Below are positions 25,201 to 40,200 of a stretch of 64,000 nucleotides of DNA, piece by piece. The position numbers and the translations under genes are program-made. Origin of the DNA: Auanema rhodensis (taxonomy: Eukaryota > Animalia > Nematoda). The stretch's first letter is position 1. Every line of letters begins with the position of its first letter. A model generated the notes under the pieces. That model made no database searches, had not been told where the DNA came from, and saw only the letters and a list, made by a program, of their open reading frames with translations. The DNA lies in the NCBI GenBank assembly GCA_964057225.1, contig OZ059896.1, forward strand, positions 15,004,001 through 15,068,000, read 5' to 3'.

Positions 25201-28200
25201 TACAGTCCTCCGCTCTACCAACTGAGCTATCGACGGAACGAAGCTGTTGTTTTCAGAGGTTATTGTCAATAACTGCTATAATCAATATTTCAAATGGAAC
25301 AAAAAGAAAAGAAACTCCGTCGAGCCGGATTCGAACCAGCGACCTGAGGATATCTCCACTTCTACAGTCCTCCGCTCTACCAACTGAGCTATCGACGGAA
25401 CGAATCTGTTGTTTTCAGAGGTTATTGTCAATAACTGCTATAATCAATATTTTAAATGGAAGAAAAAGAAAAGAAACTCCGTCGAGCCGGATTCGAACCA
25501 GCGACCTAAGGATATCTCCACTTCTACAGTCCTCCGCTCTACCAACTGAGCTATCGACGGAACGAATCTGTTGTTTTCAGAGGTTATTGTCAATAACTGC
25601 TATAATCAATATTTTAAATGGAAGAAAAAGAAAAGAAACTCCGTCGAGCCGGATTCGAACCAGCGACCTAAGGATATCTACACTTCTACAGTCCTCCGCT
25701 CTACCAACTGAGCTATCGACGGAACGATTCTGTTGTTTTCAGAGGTTATTGTCAATAACTGATATCTACACTTCTACAGTCCTCCGCTCTACCAACTGAG
25801 CTATCGACGGAACGAATCTGTTGTTTTCCAAAGTGATTGTCAATAACTACTATAATCTATATTGAAAATCGAAAAAAGAAAAGAAACTCCGTCGAGCCTA
25901 ACTTCTACAATCCTCCGCTCTACCAACTGAGCTATCGACGGAACGAAGCTGTTGTTTTCAGAGGTTATTGTCAATAACTGCTATAATCAATATTTTAAAT
26001 GGAACAAAAAGAAAAGAAACTCCGTCGAGCCGGATTCGAACCAGCGACCTAAGGATATCTACACTTCTACAGTCCTCCGCTCTACCAACTGAGCTATCGA
26101 CGGAACGAATCTGTTGTTTTCAGAGGTTATTGTCAATAACTGCTATAGTCAATATTTTAAAGGGAAGAAAAAGAAAAGAAACTCCGTCGAGCCGGATTCG
26201 AACCAGCGACCTAAGGATATCTACACTTCTACAGTCCTCCGCTCTACCAACTGAGCTATCGACGGAACGAATCTGTTGTTTTCCAAAGTGATTGTCAATA
26301 ACTACTATAATCTATATTGAAAATCGAAAAAAGAAAAGAAACTCCGTCGAGCCTAACTTCTACAATCCTCCGCTCTACCAACTGAGCTATCGACGGAACG
26401 AAGCTGTTGTTTTCAGAGGTTATTGTCAATAACTGCTATAGTCAATATTTTAAAGGGAAGAATAAGAAAAGAAACTCCGTCGAGCCGGATTCGAACCAGC
26501 GACCTAAGGATATCTACACTTCTACAGTCCTCCGCTCTACCAACTGAGCTATCGACGGAACGAATCTGTTGTTTTCCAAAGTGATTGTCAATAACTACTA
26601 TAATCTATATTGAAAATCGAAAAAAGAAAAGAAACTCCGTCGAGCCTAACTTCTACAATCCTCCGCTCTACCAACTGAGCTATCGACGGAACGAAGCTGT
26701 TGTTTTCAGAGGTTATTGTCAATAACTGCTATAATCAATATTTTAAATGGAAGAAAAAGAAAAGAAACTCCGTCGAGCCTAACTTCTACAATCCTCCGCT
26801 CTACCAACTGAGCTATCGACGGAACGAATCTGTTGTTTTCCGAAGTGAATGTCAATAACTACTATAATCTATATTGAAAATCGAAAAAAGAAAAGAAACT
26901 CCGTCGAGCCTAACTTCTACAATCCTCCGCTCTACCAACTGAGCTATCGACGGAACGAAGCTGTTGTTTTCAGAGGTTATTGTCAATAACTGCTATAATC
27001 AATATTTTAAATGGAACAAAAAGAAAAGAAACTCCGTCGAGCCGGATTCGAACCAGCGACCTAAGGATATCTACACTTCTACAGTCCTCCGCTCTACCAA
27101 CTGAGCTATCGACGGAACGAATCTGTTGTTTTCAGAGGTTATTGTCAATAACTGCTATAGTCAATATTTTAAAGGGAAGAAAAAGAAAAGAAACTCCGTC
27201 GAGCCGGATTCGAACCAGCGACCTAAGGATATCTACACTTCTACAGTCCTCCGCTCTACCAACTGAGCTATCGACGGAACGAATCTGTTGTTTTCCGAAG
27301 TGAATGTCAATAACTACTATAATCTATATTGAAAATCGAAAAAAGAAAAGAAACTCCGTCGAGCCTAACTTCTACAATCCTCCGCTCTACCAACTGAGCT
27401 ATCGACGGAACGAATCTGTTGTTTTCCGAAGTGAATGTCAATAACTACTATAATCTATATTGAAAATCGAAAAAAGAAAAGAAACTCCGTCGAGCCTAAC
27501 TTCTACAATCCTCCGCTCTACCAACTGAGCTATCGACGGAACGAATCTGTTGTTTTCCGAAGTGAATGTCAATAACTACTATAATCTATATTGAAAATCG
27601 AAAAAAGAAAAGAAACTCCGTCGAGCCTAACTTCTACAATCCTCCGCTCTACCAACTGAGCTATCGACGGAACGAAGCTGTTGTTTTCAGAGGTTATTGT
27701 CAATAACTGCTATAATCAATATTTTAAATGGAACAAAAAGAAAAGAAACTCCGTCGAGCCGGATTCGAACCAGCGACCTAAGGATATCTACACTTCTACA
27801 GTCCTCCGCTCTACCAACTGAGCTATCGACGGAACGAATCTGTTGTTTTCAGAGGTTATTGTCAATAACTGCTATAGTCAATATTTTAAAGGGAAGAAAA
27901 AGAAAAGAAACTCCGTCGAGCCGGATTCGAACCAGCGACCTAAGGATATCTACACTTCTACAGTCCTCCGCTCTACCAACTGAGCTATCGACGGAACGAA
28001 TCTGTTGTTTTCCAAAGTGATTGTCAATAACTACTATAATCTATATTGAAAATCGAAAAAAGAAAAGAAACTCCGTCGAGCCTAACTTCTACAATCCTCC
28101 GCTCTACCAACTGAGCTATCGACGGAACGAAGCTGTTGTTTTCAGAGGTTATTGTCAATAACTGCTATAATCAATATTTTAAATGGAAGAAAAAGAAAAG

Positions 28201-31200
28201 AAACTCCGTTGAGCCGGATTCGAACCAGCGACCTAAGGATATCTACACTTCTACAGTCCTCCGCTCTAACAACTGAGCTATCGACGGAACGAATCTGTTG
28301 TTTTCAGAGGTTATTGTCAATAACTGCTATAATCAATATTTTAAATGGAAGAAAAAGAAAAGAAACTCCGTCGAGCCGGATTCGAACCAGCGACCTAAGG
28401 ATATCTACACTTCTACAGTCCTCCGCTCTACCAACTGAGCTATCGACGGAACGAATCTGTTGTTTTCCAAAGTGATTGTCAATAACTACTATAATCTATA
28501 TTGAAAATCGAAAAAAGAGAAGAAACTCCGTCGAGCCTAACTTCTACAATCCTCCGCTCTACCAACTGAGCTATCGACGGAACGAATCTGTTCTTTTCAG
28601 AGGTTATTGTCAATAACTGCTATAATCAATATTTTAAATGGGAGAAAAAGAAAAGAAACTCCGTCGAGCCGGATTCGAACCAGCGACCTAAGGATATCTA
28701 CACTTCTACAGTCCTCCGCTCTACCAACTGAGCTATCGACGGAACGAATCTGTTGTTTTCAGAGGTTATTGTCAATAACTGATATCTACACTTCTACAGT
28801 CCTCCGCTCTACCAACTGAGCTATCGACGGAACGAATCTGTTGTTTTCCGAAGTGAATGTCAATAACTACTATAATCTATATTGAAAATCGAAAAAAGAA
28901 AAGAAACTCCGTCGAGCCTAACTTCTACAATCCTCCGCTCTACCAACTGAGCTATCGACGGAACGAATCTGTTGTTTTCAGAGGTTATTGTCAATAACTG
29001 ATATCTACACTTCTACAGTCCTCCGCTCTACCAACTGAGCTATCGACGGAACGAATCTGTTGTTTTCCAAAGTGATTGTCAATAACTACTATAATCTATA
29101 TTGAAAATCGAAAAAAGAAAAGAAACTCCGTCGAGCCTAACTTCTACAATCCTCCGCTCTACCAACTGAGCTATCGACGGAACGAATCTGTTGTTTTCAG
29201 AGGTTATTTTCAATAACTGATATCTACACTTCTACAGTCCTCCGCTCTACCAACTGAGCTATCGACGGAACGAATCTGTTGTTTTCCAAAGTGATTGTCA
29301 ATAACTACTATAATCTATATTGAAAATCGAAAAAAGAAAAGAAACTCCGTCGAGCCTAACTTCTACAATCCTCCGCTCTACCAACTGAGCTATCGACGGA
29401 ACGAATCTGTTGTTTTCAGAGGTTATTTTCAATAACTGATATCTACACTTCTACAGTCCTCCGCTCTACCAACTGAGCTATCGACGGAACGAAGCTGTTG
29501 TTTTCAGAGGTTATTGTCAATAACTGCTATAATCAATATTTTAAATGGAAGAAAAAGAAAAGAAACTCCGTTGAGCCGGATTCGAACCAGCGACCTAAGG
29601 ATATCTACACTTCTACAGTCCTCCGCTCTAACAACTGAGCTATCGACGGAACGAATCTGTTGTTTTCAGAGGTTATTGTCAATAACTGCTATAATCAATA
29701 TTTTAAATGGAAGAAAAAGAAAAGAAACTCCGTCGAGCCGGATTCGAACCAGCGACCTAAGGATATCTACACTTCTACAGTCCTCCGCTCTACCAACTGA
29801 GCTATCGACGGAACGAATCTGTTGTTTTCCGAAGTGATTGTCAATAACTACTATAATCTATATTGAAAATCGAAAAAAGAGAAGAAACTCCATCGAGCCT
29901 AACTTCTACAATCCTCCGCTCTACCAACTGAGCTATCGACGGAACGAATCTGTTCTTTTCAGAGGTTATTGTCAATAACTGCTATAATCAATATTTTAAA
30001 TGGGAGAAAAAGAAAAGAAACTCCGTCGAGCCGGATTCGAACCAGCGACCTAAGGATATCTACACTTCTACAGTCCTCCGCTCTACCAACTGAGCTATCG
30101 ACGGAACGAATCTGTTGTTTTCAGAGGTTATTGTCAATAACTGATATCTACACTTCTACAGTCCTCCGCTCTACCAACTGAGCTATCGACGGAACGAAGC
30201 TGTTGTTTTCAGAGGTTATTGTCAATAACTGCTATAATCAATATTTTAAATGGAAGAAAAAGAAAAGAAACTCCGTTGAGCCGGATTCGAACCAGCGACC
30301 TAAGGATATCTACACTTCTACAGTCCTCCGCTCTAACAACTGAGCTATCGACGGAACGAATCTGTTGTTTTCAGAGGTTATTGTCAATAACTGCTATAAT
30401 CAATATTTTAAATGGAAGAAAAAGAAAAGAAACTCCGTCGAGCCGGATTCGAACCAGCGACCTAAGGATATCTACACTTCTACAGTCCTCCGCTCTACCA
30501 ACTGAGCTATCGACGGAACGAATCTGTTGTTTTCCGAAGTGATTGTCAATAACTACTATAATCTATATTGAAAATCGAAAAAAGAGAAGAAACTCCATCG
30601 AGCCTAACTTCTACAATCCTCCGCTCTACCAACTGAGCTATCGACGGAACGAATCTGTTCTTTTCAGAGGTTATTGTCAATAACTGCTATAATCAATATT
30701 TTAAATGGGAGAAAAAGAAAAGAAACTCCGTCGAGCCGGATTCGAACCAGCGACCTAAGGATATCTACACTTCTACAGTCCTCCGCTCTAACAACTGAGC
30801 TATCGACGGAACGAATCTGTTGTTTTCAGAGGTTATTGTCAATAACTGCTATAATCAATATTTTAAATGGGAGAAAAAGAAAAGAAACTCCGTCGAGCCG
30901 GATTCGAACCAGCGACCTAAGGATATCTACACTTCTACAGTCCTCCGCTCTACCAACTGAGCTATCGACGGAACGAATCTGTTCTTTTCAGAGGTTATTG
31001 TCAATAACTGCTATAATCAATATTTTAAATGGGAGAAAAAGAAAAGAAACTCCGTCGAGCCGGATTCGAACCAGCGACCTAAGGATATCTACACTTCTAC
31101 AGTCCTCCGCTCTACCAACTGAGCTATCGACGGAACGAATCTGTTGTTTTCCGAAGTGAATGTCAATAACTACTATAATCTATATTGAAAATCGAAAAAA

Positions 31201-34200
31201 GAAAAGAAACTCCGTCGAGCCTAACTTCTACAATCCTCCGCTCTACCAACTGAGCTATCCACGGAACGAATCTGTTGTTTTCAGAGGTTATTGTCAATAA
31301 CTGATATCTACACTTCTACAGTCCTCCGCTCTACCAACTGAGCTATCGACGGAACGAATCTGTTGTTTTCCGAAGTGAATGTCAATAACTACTATAATCT
31401 ATATTGAAAATCGAAAAAAGAAAAGAAACTCCGTCGAGCCTAACTTCTACAATCCTCCGCTCTACCAACTGAGCTATCGACGGAACGAATCTGTTGTTTT
31501 CCGAAGTGAATGTCAATAACTACTATAATCTATATTGAAAATCGAAAAAAGAAAAGAAACTCCGTCGAGCCTAACTTCTACAATCCTCCGCTCTACCAAC
31601 TGAGCTATCGACGGAACGAAGCTGTTGTTTTCAGAGGTTATTGTCAATAACTGATATCTACACTTCTACAGTCCTCCGCTCTACCAACTGAGCTATCGAC
31701 GGAACGAATCTGTTGTTTTCCGAAGTGAATGTCAATAACTACTATAATCTATATTGAAAATCGAAAAAAGAAAAGAAACTCCGTCGAGCCTAACTTCTAC
31801 AATCCTCCGCTCTACCAACTGAGCTATCGACGGAACGAATCTGTTGTTTTCAGAGGTTATTGTCAATAACTGATATCTACACTTCTACAGTCCTCCGCTC
31901 TACCAACTGAGCTATCGACGGAACGAATCTGTTGTTTTCCAAAGTGATTGTCAATAACTACTATAATCTATATTGAAAATCGAAAAAAGAAAAGAAACTC
32001 CGTCGAGCCTAACTTCTACAATCCTCCGCTCTACCAACTGAGCTATCGACGGAACGAAGCTGTTGTTTTCAGAGGTTATTGTCAATAACTGCTATAATCA
32101 ATATTTTAAATGGAAGAAAAAGAAAAGAAACTCCGTCGAGCCGGATTCGAACCAGCGACCTAAGGATATCTACACTTCTACAGTCCTCCGCTCTACCAAC
32201 TGAGCTATCGAGGGAACGAATCTGTTGTTTTCCGAAGTGAATGTCAATAACTACTATAATCTATATTGAAAATCGAAAAAAGAAAAGAAACTCCGTCGAG
32301 CCTAACTTCTACAATCCTCCGCTCTACCAACTGAGCTATCGACGGAACGAAGCTGTTGTTTTCAGAGGTTATTGTCAATAACTGATATCTACACTTCTAC
32401 AGTCCTCCGCTCTACCAACTGAGCTATCGACGGAACGAATCTGTTGTTTTCCGAAGTGAATGTCAATAACTACTATAATCTATATTGAAAATCGAAAAAA
32501 GAAAAGAAACTCCGTCGAGCCTAACTTCTACAATCCTCCGCTCTACCAACTGAGCTATCGACGGAACGAATCTGTTGTTTTCCAAAGTGATTGTCAATAA
32601 CTGCTATAATCAATATTTTAAATGGAACAAAAAGAAAAGAAACTCCGTCGAGCCGGATTCGAACCACCGACCTAAGGATATCTACACTTCTACAGTCCTC
32701 CGCTCTACCAACTGAGCTATCGACGGAACGAATCTGTTGTTTTCCGAAGTGAATGTCAATAACTACTATAATCTATATTGAAAATCGAAAAAAGAAAAGA
32801 AACTCCGTCGAGCCTAACTTCTACAATCCTCCGCTCTACCAACTGAGCTATCGACGGAACGAATCTGTTGTTTTCAGAGGTTATTGTCAATAACTGATAT
32901 CTACACTTCTACAGTCCTCCGCTCTACCAACTGAGCTATCGACGGAACGAATCTGTTGTTTTCCAAAGTGATTGTCAATAACTACTATAATCTATATTGA
33001 AAATCGAAAAAAGAAAAGAAACTCCGTCGACCCTAACTTCTACAATCCTCCGCTCTACCAACTGAGCTATCGACGGAACGAAGCTGTTGTTTTCAGAGGT
33101 TATTGTCAATAACTGCTATAATCAATATTTTAAATGGAAGAAAAAGAAAAGAAACTCCGTCGAGCCGGATTCGAACCAGCGACCTAAGGATATCTACACT
33201 TCTACAGTCCTCCGCTCTACCAACTGAGCTATCGACGGAACGAATCTGTTGTTTTCCAAAGTGATTGTCAATAACTACTATAATCTATATTGAAAATCGA
33301 AAAAAGAAAAGAAACTCCGTCGAGCCTAACTTCTACAATCCTCCGCTCTACCAACTGAGCTATCGACGGAACGAAGCTGTTGTTTTCAGAGGTTATTGTC
33401 AATAACTGCTATAATCAATATTTTAAATGGAAGAAAAAGAAAAGAAACTCCGTTGAGCCGGATTCGAACCAGCGACCTAAGGATATCTACACTTCTACAG
33501 TCCTCCGCTCTAACAACTGAGCTATCGACGGAACGAATCTGTTGTTTTCAGAGGTTATTGTCAATAACTGCTATAATCAATATTTTAAATGGAAGAAAAA
33601 GAAAAGAAACTCCGTCGAGCCGGATTCGAACCAGCGACCTAAGGATATCTACACTTCTACAGTCCTCCGCTCTACCAACTGAGCTATCGACGGAACGAAT
33701 CTGTTGTTTTCCGAAGTGATTGTCAATAACTACTATAATCTATATTGAAAATCGAAAAAAGAGAAGAAACTCCATCGAGCCTAACTTCTACAATCCTCCG
33801 CTCTACCAACTGAGCTATCGACGGAACGAATCTGTTCTTTTCAGAGGTTATTGTCAATAACTGCTATAATCAATATTTTAAATGGGAGAAAAGGAAAAGA
33901 AACTCCGTCAAGCCGGATTCGAACCAGCGACCTAAGGATATCTACACTTCTACAGTCCTCCGCTCTACCAACTGAGCTATCGACGGAACGAATCTGTTGT
34001 TTTCAGAGGTTATTGTCAATAACTGATATCTACACTTCTACAGTCCTCCGCTCTACCAACTGAGCTATCGACGGAACGAATCTGTTGTTTTCCGAAGTGA
34101 ATGTCAATAACTACTATAATCTATATTGAAAATCGAAAAAAGAAAAGAAACTCCGTCGAGCCTAACTTCTACAATCCTCCGCTCTACCAACTGAGCTATC

Positions 34201-37200
34201 GACGGAACGAATCTGTTGTTTTCAGAGCTTATTGTCAATAACTGATATCTACACTTCTACAGTCCTCCGCTCTACCAACTGAGCTATCGACGGAACGAAT
34301 CTGTTGTTTTCCGAAGTGAATGTCAATAACTACTATAATCTATATTGAAAATCGAAAAAAGAAAAGAAACTCCGTCGAGCCTAACTTCTACAATCCTCCG
34401 CTCTACCAACTGAGCTATCGACGGAACGAATCTGTTGTTTTCCGAAGTGAATGTCAATAACTACTATAATCTATATTGAAAATCGAAAAAAGAAAAGAAA
34501 CTCCGTCGAGCCTAACTTCTACAATCCTCCGCTCTACCAACTGAGCTATCGACGGAACGAATCTGTTGTTTTCCGAAGTGAATGTCAATAACTACTATAA
34601 TCTATATTGAAAATCGAAAAAAGAAAAGAAACTCCGTCGAGCCTAACTTCTACAATCCTCCGCTCTACCAACTGAGCTATCGACGGAACGAAGCTGTTGT
34701 TTTCAGAGGTTATTGTCAATAACTGCTATAATCAATATTTTAAATGGAACAAAAAGAAAAGAAACTCCGTCGAGCCGGATTCGAACCAGCGACCTAAGGA
34801 TATCTACACTTCTACAGTCCTCCGCTCTACCAACTGAGCTATCGACGGAACGAATCTGTTGTTTTCAGAGGTTATTGTCAATAACTGCTATAGTCAATAC
34901 TTTAAAGGGAAGAAAAAGAAAAGAAACTCCGTCGAGCCGGATTCGAACCAGCGACCTAAGGATATCTACACTTCTACAGTCCTCCGCTCTACCAACTGAG
35001 CTATCGACGGAACGAATCTGTTGTTTTCCAAAGTGATTGTCAATAACTACTATAATCTATATTGAAAATCGAAAAAAGAAAAGAAACTCCGTCGAGCCTA
35101 ACTTCTACAATCCTCCGCTCTACCAACTGAGCTATCGACGGAACGAAGCTGTTGTTTTCAGAGGTTATTGTCAATAACTGCTATAATCAATATTTTAAAT
35201 GGAAGAAAAAGAAAAGAAACTCCGTTGAGCCGGATTCGAACCAGCGACCTAAGGATATCTACACTTCTACAGTCCTCCGCTCTAACAACTGAGCTATCGA
35301 CGGAACGAATCTGTTGTTTTCAGAGGTTATTGTCAATAACTGCTATAATCAATATTTTAAATGGAACAATAAGAAAAGAAACTCCGTCGAGCCGGATTCG
35401 AACCAGCGACCTAAGGATATCTACACTTCTACAGTCCTCCGCTCTACCAACTGAGCTATCGACGGAACGAATCTGTTGTTTTCAGAGGTTATTGTCAATA
35501 ACTGCTATAGTCAATATTTTAAAGGGAAGAAAAAGAAAAGAAACTCCGTCGAGCCGGATTCGAACCAGCGACCTAAGGATATCTACACTTCTACAGTCCT
35601 CCGCTCTACCAACTGAGCTATCGACGGAACGAATCTGTTGTTTTCCAAAGTGATTGTCAATAACTACTATAATCTATATTGAAAATCGAAAAAAGAAAAG
35701 AAACTCCGTCGAGCCTAACTTCTACAATCCTCCGCTCTACCAACTGAGCTATCGACGGAACGAAGCTGTTGTTTTCAGAGGTTATTGTCAATAACTGCTA
35801 TAATCAATATTTTAAATGGAAGAAAAAGAAAAGAAACTCCGTCGAGCCTAACTTCTACAATCCTCCGCTCTACCAACTGAGCTATCGACGGAACGAATCT
35901 GTTGTTTTCCGAAGTGAATGTCAATAACTACTATAATCTATATTGAAAATCGAAAAAAGAAAAGAAACTCCGTCGAGCCTAACTTCTACAATCCTCCGCT
36001 CTACCAACTGAGCTATCGACGGAACGAAGCTGTTGTTTTCAGAGGTTATTGTCAATAACTGCTATAATCAATATTTTAAATGGAACAAAAAGAAAAGAAA
36101 CTCCGTCGAGCCGGATTCGAACCAGCGACCTAAGGATATCTACACTTCTACAGTCCTCCGCTCTACCAACTGAGCTATCGACGGAACGAATCTGTTGTTT
36201 TCAGAGGTTATTGTCAATAACTGCTATAGTCAATATTTTAAAGGGAAGAAAAAGAAAAGAAACTCCGTCGAGCCGGATTCGAACCAGCGACCTAAGGATA
36301 TCTACACTTCTACAGTCCTCCGCTCTACCAACTGAGCTATCGACGGAACGAATCTGTTGTTTTCCGAAGTGAATGTCAATAACTACTATAATCTATATTG
36401 AAAATCGAAAAAAGAAAAGAAACTCCGTCGAGCCTAACTTCTACAATCCTCCGCTCTACCAACTGAGCTATCGACGGAACGAATCTGTTGTTTTCCGAAG
36501 TGAATGTCAATAACTACTATAATCTATATTGAAAATCGAAAAAAGAAAAGAAACTCCGTCGAGCCTAACTTCTACAATCCTCCGCTCTACCAACTGAGCT
36601 ATCGACGGAACGAATCTGTTGTTTTCCGAAGTGAATGTCAATAACTACTATAATCTATATTGAAAATCGAAAAAAGAAAAGAAACTCCGTCGAGCCTAAC
36701 TTCTACAATCCTCCGCTCTACCAACTGAGCTATCGACGGAACGAAGCTGTTGTTTTCAGAGGTTATTGTCAATAACTGCTATAATCAATATTTTAAATGG
36801 AACAAAAAGAAAAGAAACTCCGTCGAGCCGGATTCGAACCAGCGACCTAAGGATATCTACACTTCTACAGTCCTCCGCTCTACCAACTGAGCTATCGACG
36901 GAACGAATCTGTTGTTTTCAGAGGTTATTGTCAATAACTGCTATAGTCAATATTTTAAAGGGAAGAAAAAGAAAAGAAACTCCGTCGAGCCGGATTCGAA
37001 CCAGCGACCTAAGGATATCTACACTTCTACAGTCCTCCGCTCTACCAACTGAGCTATCGACGGAACGAATCTGTTGTTTTCCAAAGTGATTGTCAATAAC
37101 TACTATAATCTATATTGAAAATCGAAAAAAGAAAAGAAACTCCGTCGAGCCTAACTTCTACAATCCTCCGCTCTACCAACTGAGCTATCGACGGAACGAA

Positions 37201-40200
37201 GCTGTTGTTTTCAGAGGTTATTGTCAATAACTGCTATAATCAATATTTTAAATGGAAGAAAAAGAAAAGAAACTCCGTTGAGCCGGATTCGAACCAGCGA
37301 CCTAAGGATATCTACACTTCTACAGTCCTCCGCTCTACCAACTGAGCTATCGACGGAACGAATCTGTTGTTTTCAGAGGTTATTGTCAATAACTGCTATA
37401 GTCAATATTTTAAAGGGAAGAAAAAGAAAAGAAACTCCGTCGAGCCGGATTCGAACCAGCGACCTAAGGATATCTACACTTCTACAGTCCTCCGCTCTAC
37501 CAACTGAGCTATCGACGGAACGAATCTGTTGTTTTCCAAAGTGATTGTCAATAACTACTATAATCTATATTGAAAATCGAAAAAAGAAAAGAAACTCCGT
37601 CGAGCCTAACTTCTACAATCCTCCGCTCTAACAACTGAGCTATCGACGGAACGAATCTGTTGTTTTCAGAGGTTATTGTCAATAACTGCTATAATCAATA
37701 TTTTAAATGGAACAATAAGAAAAGAAACTCCGTCGAGCCGGATTCGAACCAGCGACCTAAGGATATCTACACTTCTACAGTCCTCCGCTCTACCAACTGA
37801 GCTATCGACGGAACGAATCTGTTGTTTTCAGAGGTTATTGTCAATAACTGCTATAGTCAATATTTTAAATGGAAGAAAAAGAAAAGAAACTCCGTCGAGA
37901 CGGATTGGAATCAGCGACCTAAGGATATCTACACTTCTACAGTCCTCCGCTCTACCAACTGAGCTATCGACGGAACGAATCTGTTGTTTTCAGAGGTTAT
38001 TGTCAATAACTGCTATAGTCAATATTTTAAAGGGAAGAAAAAGAAAAGAAACTCCGTCGAGCCGGATTCGAACCAGCGACCTAAGGATATCTACACTTCT
38101 ACAGTCCTCCGCTCTAACAACTGAGCTATCGACGGAACGAATCTGTTGTTTTCAGAGGTTATTGTCAATAACTGCTATAGTCAATATTTTAAAGGGAAGA
38201 AAAAGAAAAGAAACTCCGTCGAGCCGGATTCGAACCAGCGACCTAAGGATATCTACACTTCTACAGTCCTCCGCTCTACCAACTGAGCTATCGACGGAAC
38301 GAATCTGTTGTTTTCCAAAGTGATTGTCAATAACTACTATAATCTATATTGAAAATCGAAAAAAGAAAAGAAACTCCGTCGAGCCTAACTTCTACAATCC
38401 TCCGCTCTACCAACTGAGCTATCGACGGAACGAAGCTGTTGTTTTCAGAGGTTATTGTCAATAACTGCTATAATCAATATTTTAAATGGAAGAAAAAGAA
38501 AAGAAACTCCGTTGAGCCGGATTCGAACCAGCGACCTAAGGATATCTACACTTCTACAGTCCTCCGCTCTAACAACTGAGCTATCGACGGAACGAATCTG
38601 TTGTTTTCAGAGGTTATTGTCAATAACTGCTATAATCAATATTTTAAATGGAAGAAAAAGAAAAGAAACTCCGTCGAGCCGGATTCGAACCAGCGACCTA
38701 AGGATATCTACACTTCTACAGTCCTCCGCTCTACCAACTGAGCTATCGACGGAACGAATCTGTTGTTTTCCGAAGTGATTGTCAATAACTACTATAATCT
38801 ATATTGAAAATCGAAAAAAGAGAAGAAACTCCGTCGAGCCTAACTTCTACAATCCTCCGCTCTACCAACTGAGCTATCGACGGAACGAATCTGTTCTTTT
38901 CAGAGGTTATTGTCAATAACTGCTATAATCAATATTTTAAATGGGAGAAAAAGAAAAGAAACTCCGTCGAGCCGGATTCGAACCAGCGACCTAAGGATAT
39001 CTACACTTCTACAGTCCTCCGCTCTACCAACTGAGCTATCGACGGAACGAATCTGTTGTTTTCAGAGGTTATTGTCAATAACTGATATCTACACTTCTAC
39101 AGTCCTCCGCTCTACCAACTGAGCTATCGACGGAACGAATCTGTTGTTTTCCGAAGTGAATGTCAATAACTACTATAATCTATATTGAAAATCGAAAAAA
39201 GAAAAGAAACTCCGTCGAGCCTAACTTCTACAATCCTCCGCTCTACCAACTGAGCTATCGACGGAACGAATCTGTTGTTTTCAGAGGTTATTGTCAATAA
39301 CTGATATCTACACTTCTACAGTGCTCTGCTCTACCAACTGAGCTATCGACGGAACGAATCTGTTGTTTTCCAAAGTGAATGTCAATAACTACTATAATCT
39401 ATATTGAAAATCGAAAAAAGAAAAGAAACTCCGTCGAGCCTAACTTCTACAATCCTCCGCTCTACCAACTGAGCTATCGACGGAACGAATCTGTTGTTTT
39501 CCGAAGTGAATGTCAATAACTACTATAATCTATATTGAAAATCGAAAAAAGAAAAGAAACTCCGTCGAGCCTAACTTCTACAATCCTCCGCTCTACCAAC
39601 TGAGCTATCGACGGAACGAATCTGTTGTTTTCAGAGGTTATTGTCAATAACTGATATCTACACTTCTACAGTCCTCCGCTCTACCAACTGAGCTATCGAC
39701 GGAACGAATCTGTTGTTTTCCGAAGTGAATGTCAATAACTACTATAATCTATATTGAAAATCGAAAAAAGAAAAGAAACTCCGTCGAGCCTAACTTCTAC
39801 AATCCTCCGCTCTACCAACTGAGCTATCCACGGAACGAATCTGTTGTTTTCAGAGGTTATTGTCAATAACTGATATCTACACTTCTACAGTCCTCCGCTC
39901 TACCAACTGAGCTATCGACGGAACGAATCTGTTGTTTTCCGAAGTGAATGTCAATAACTACTATAATCTATATTGAAAATCGAAAAAAGAAAAGAAACTC
40001 CGTCGAGCCTAACTTCTACAATCCTCCGCTCTACCAACTGAGCTATCGACGGAACGAATCTGTTGTTTTCCGAAGTGAATGTCAATAACTACTATAATCT
40101 ATATTGAAAATCGAAAAAAGAAAAGAAACTCCGTCGAGCCTAACTTCTACAATCCTCCGCTCTACCAACTGAGCTATCGACGGAACGAATCTGTTGTTTT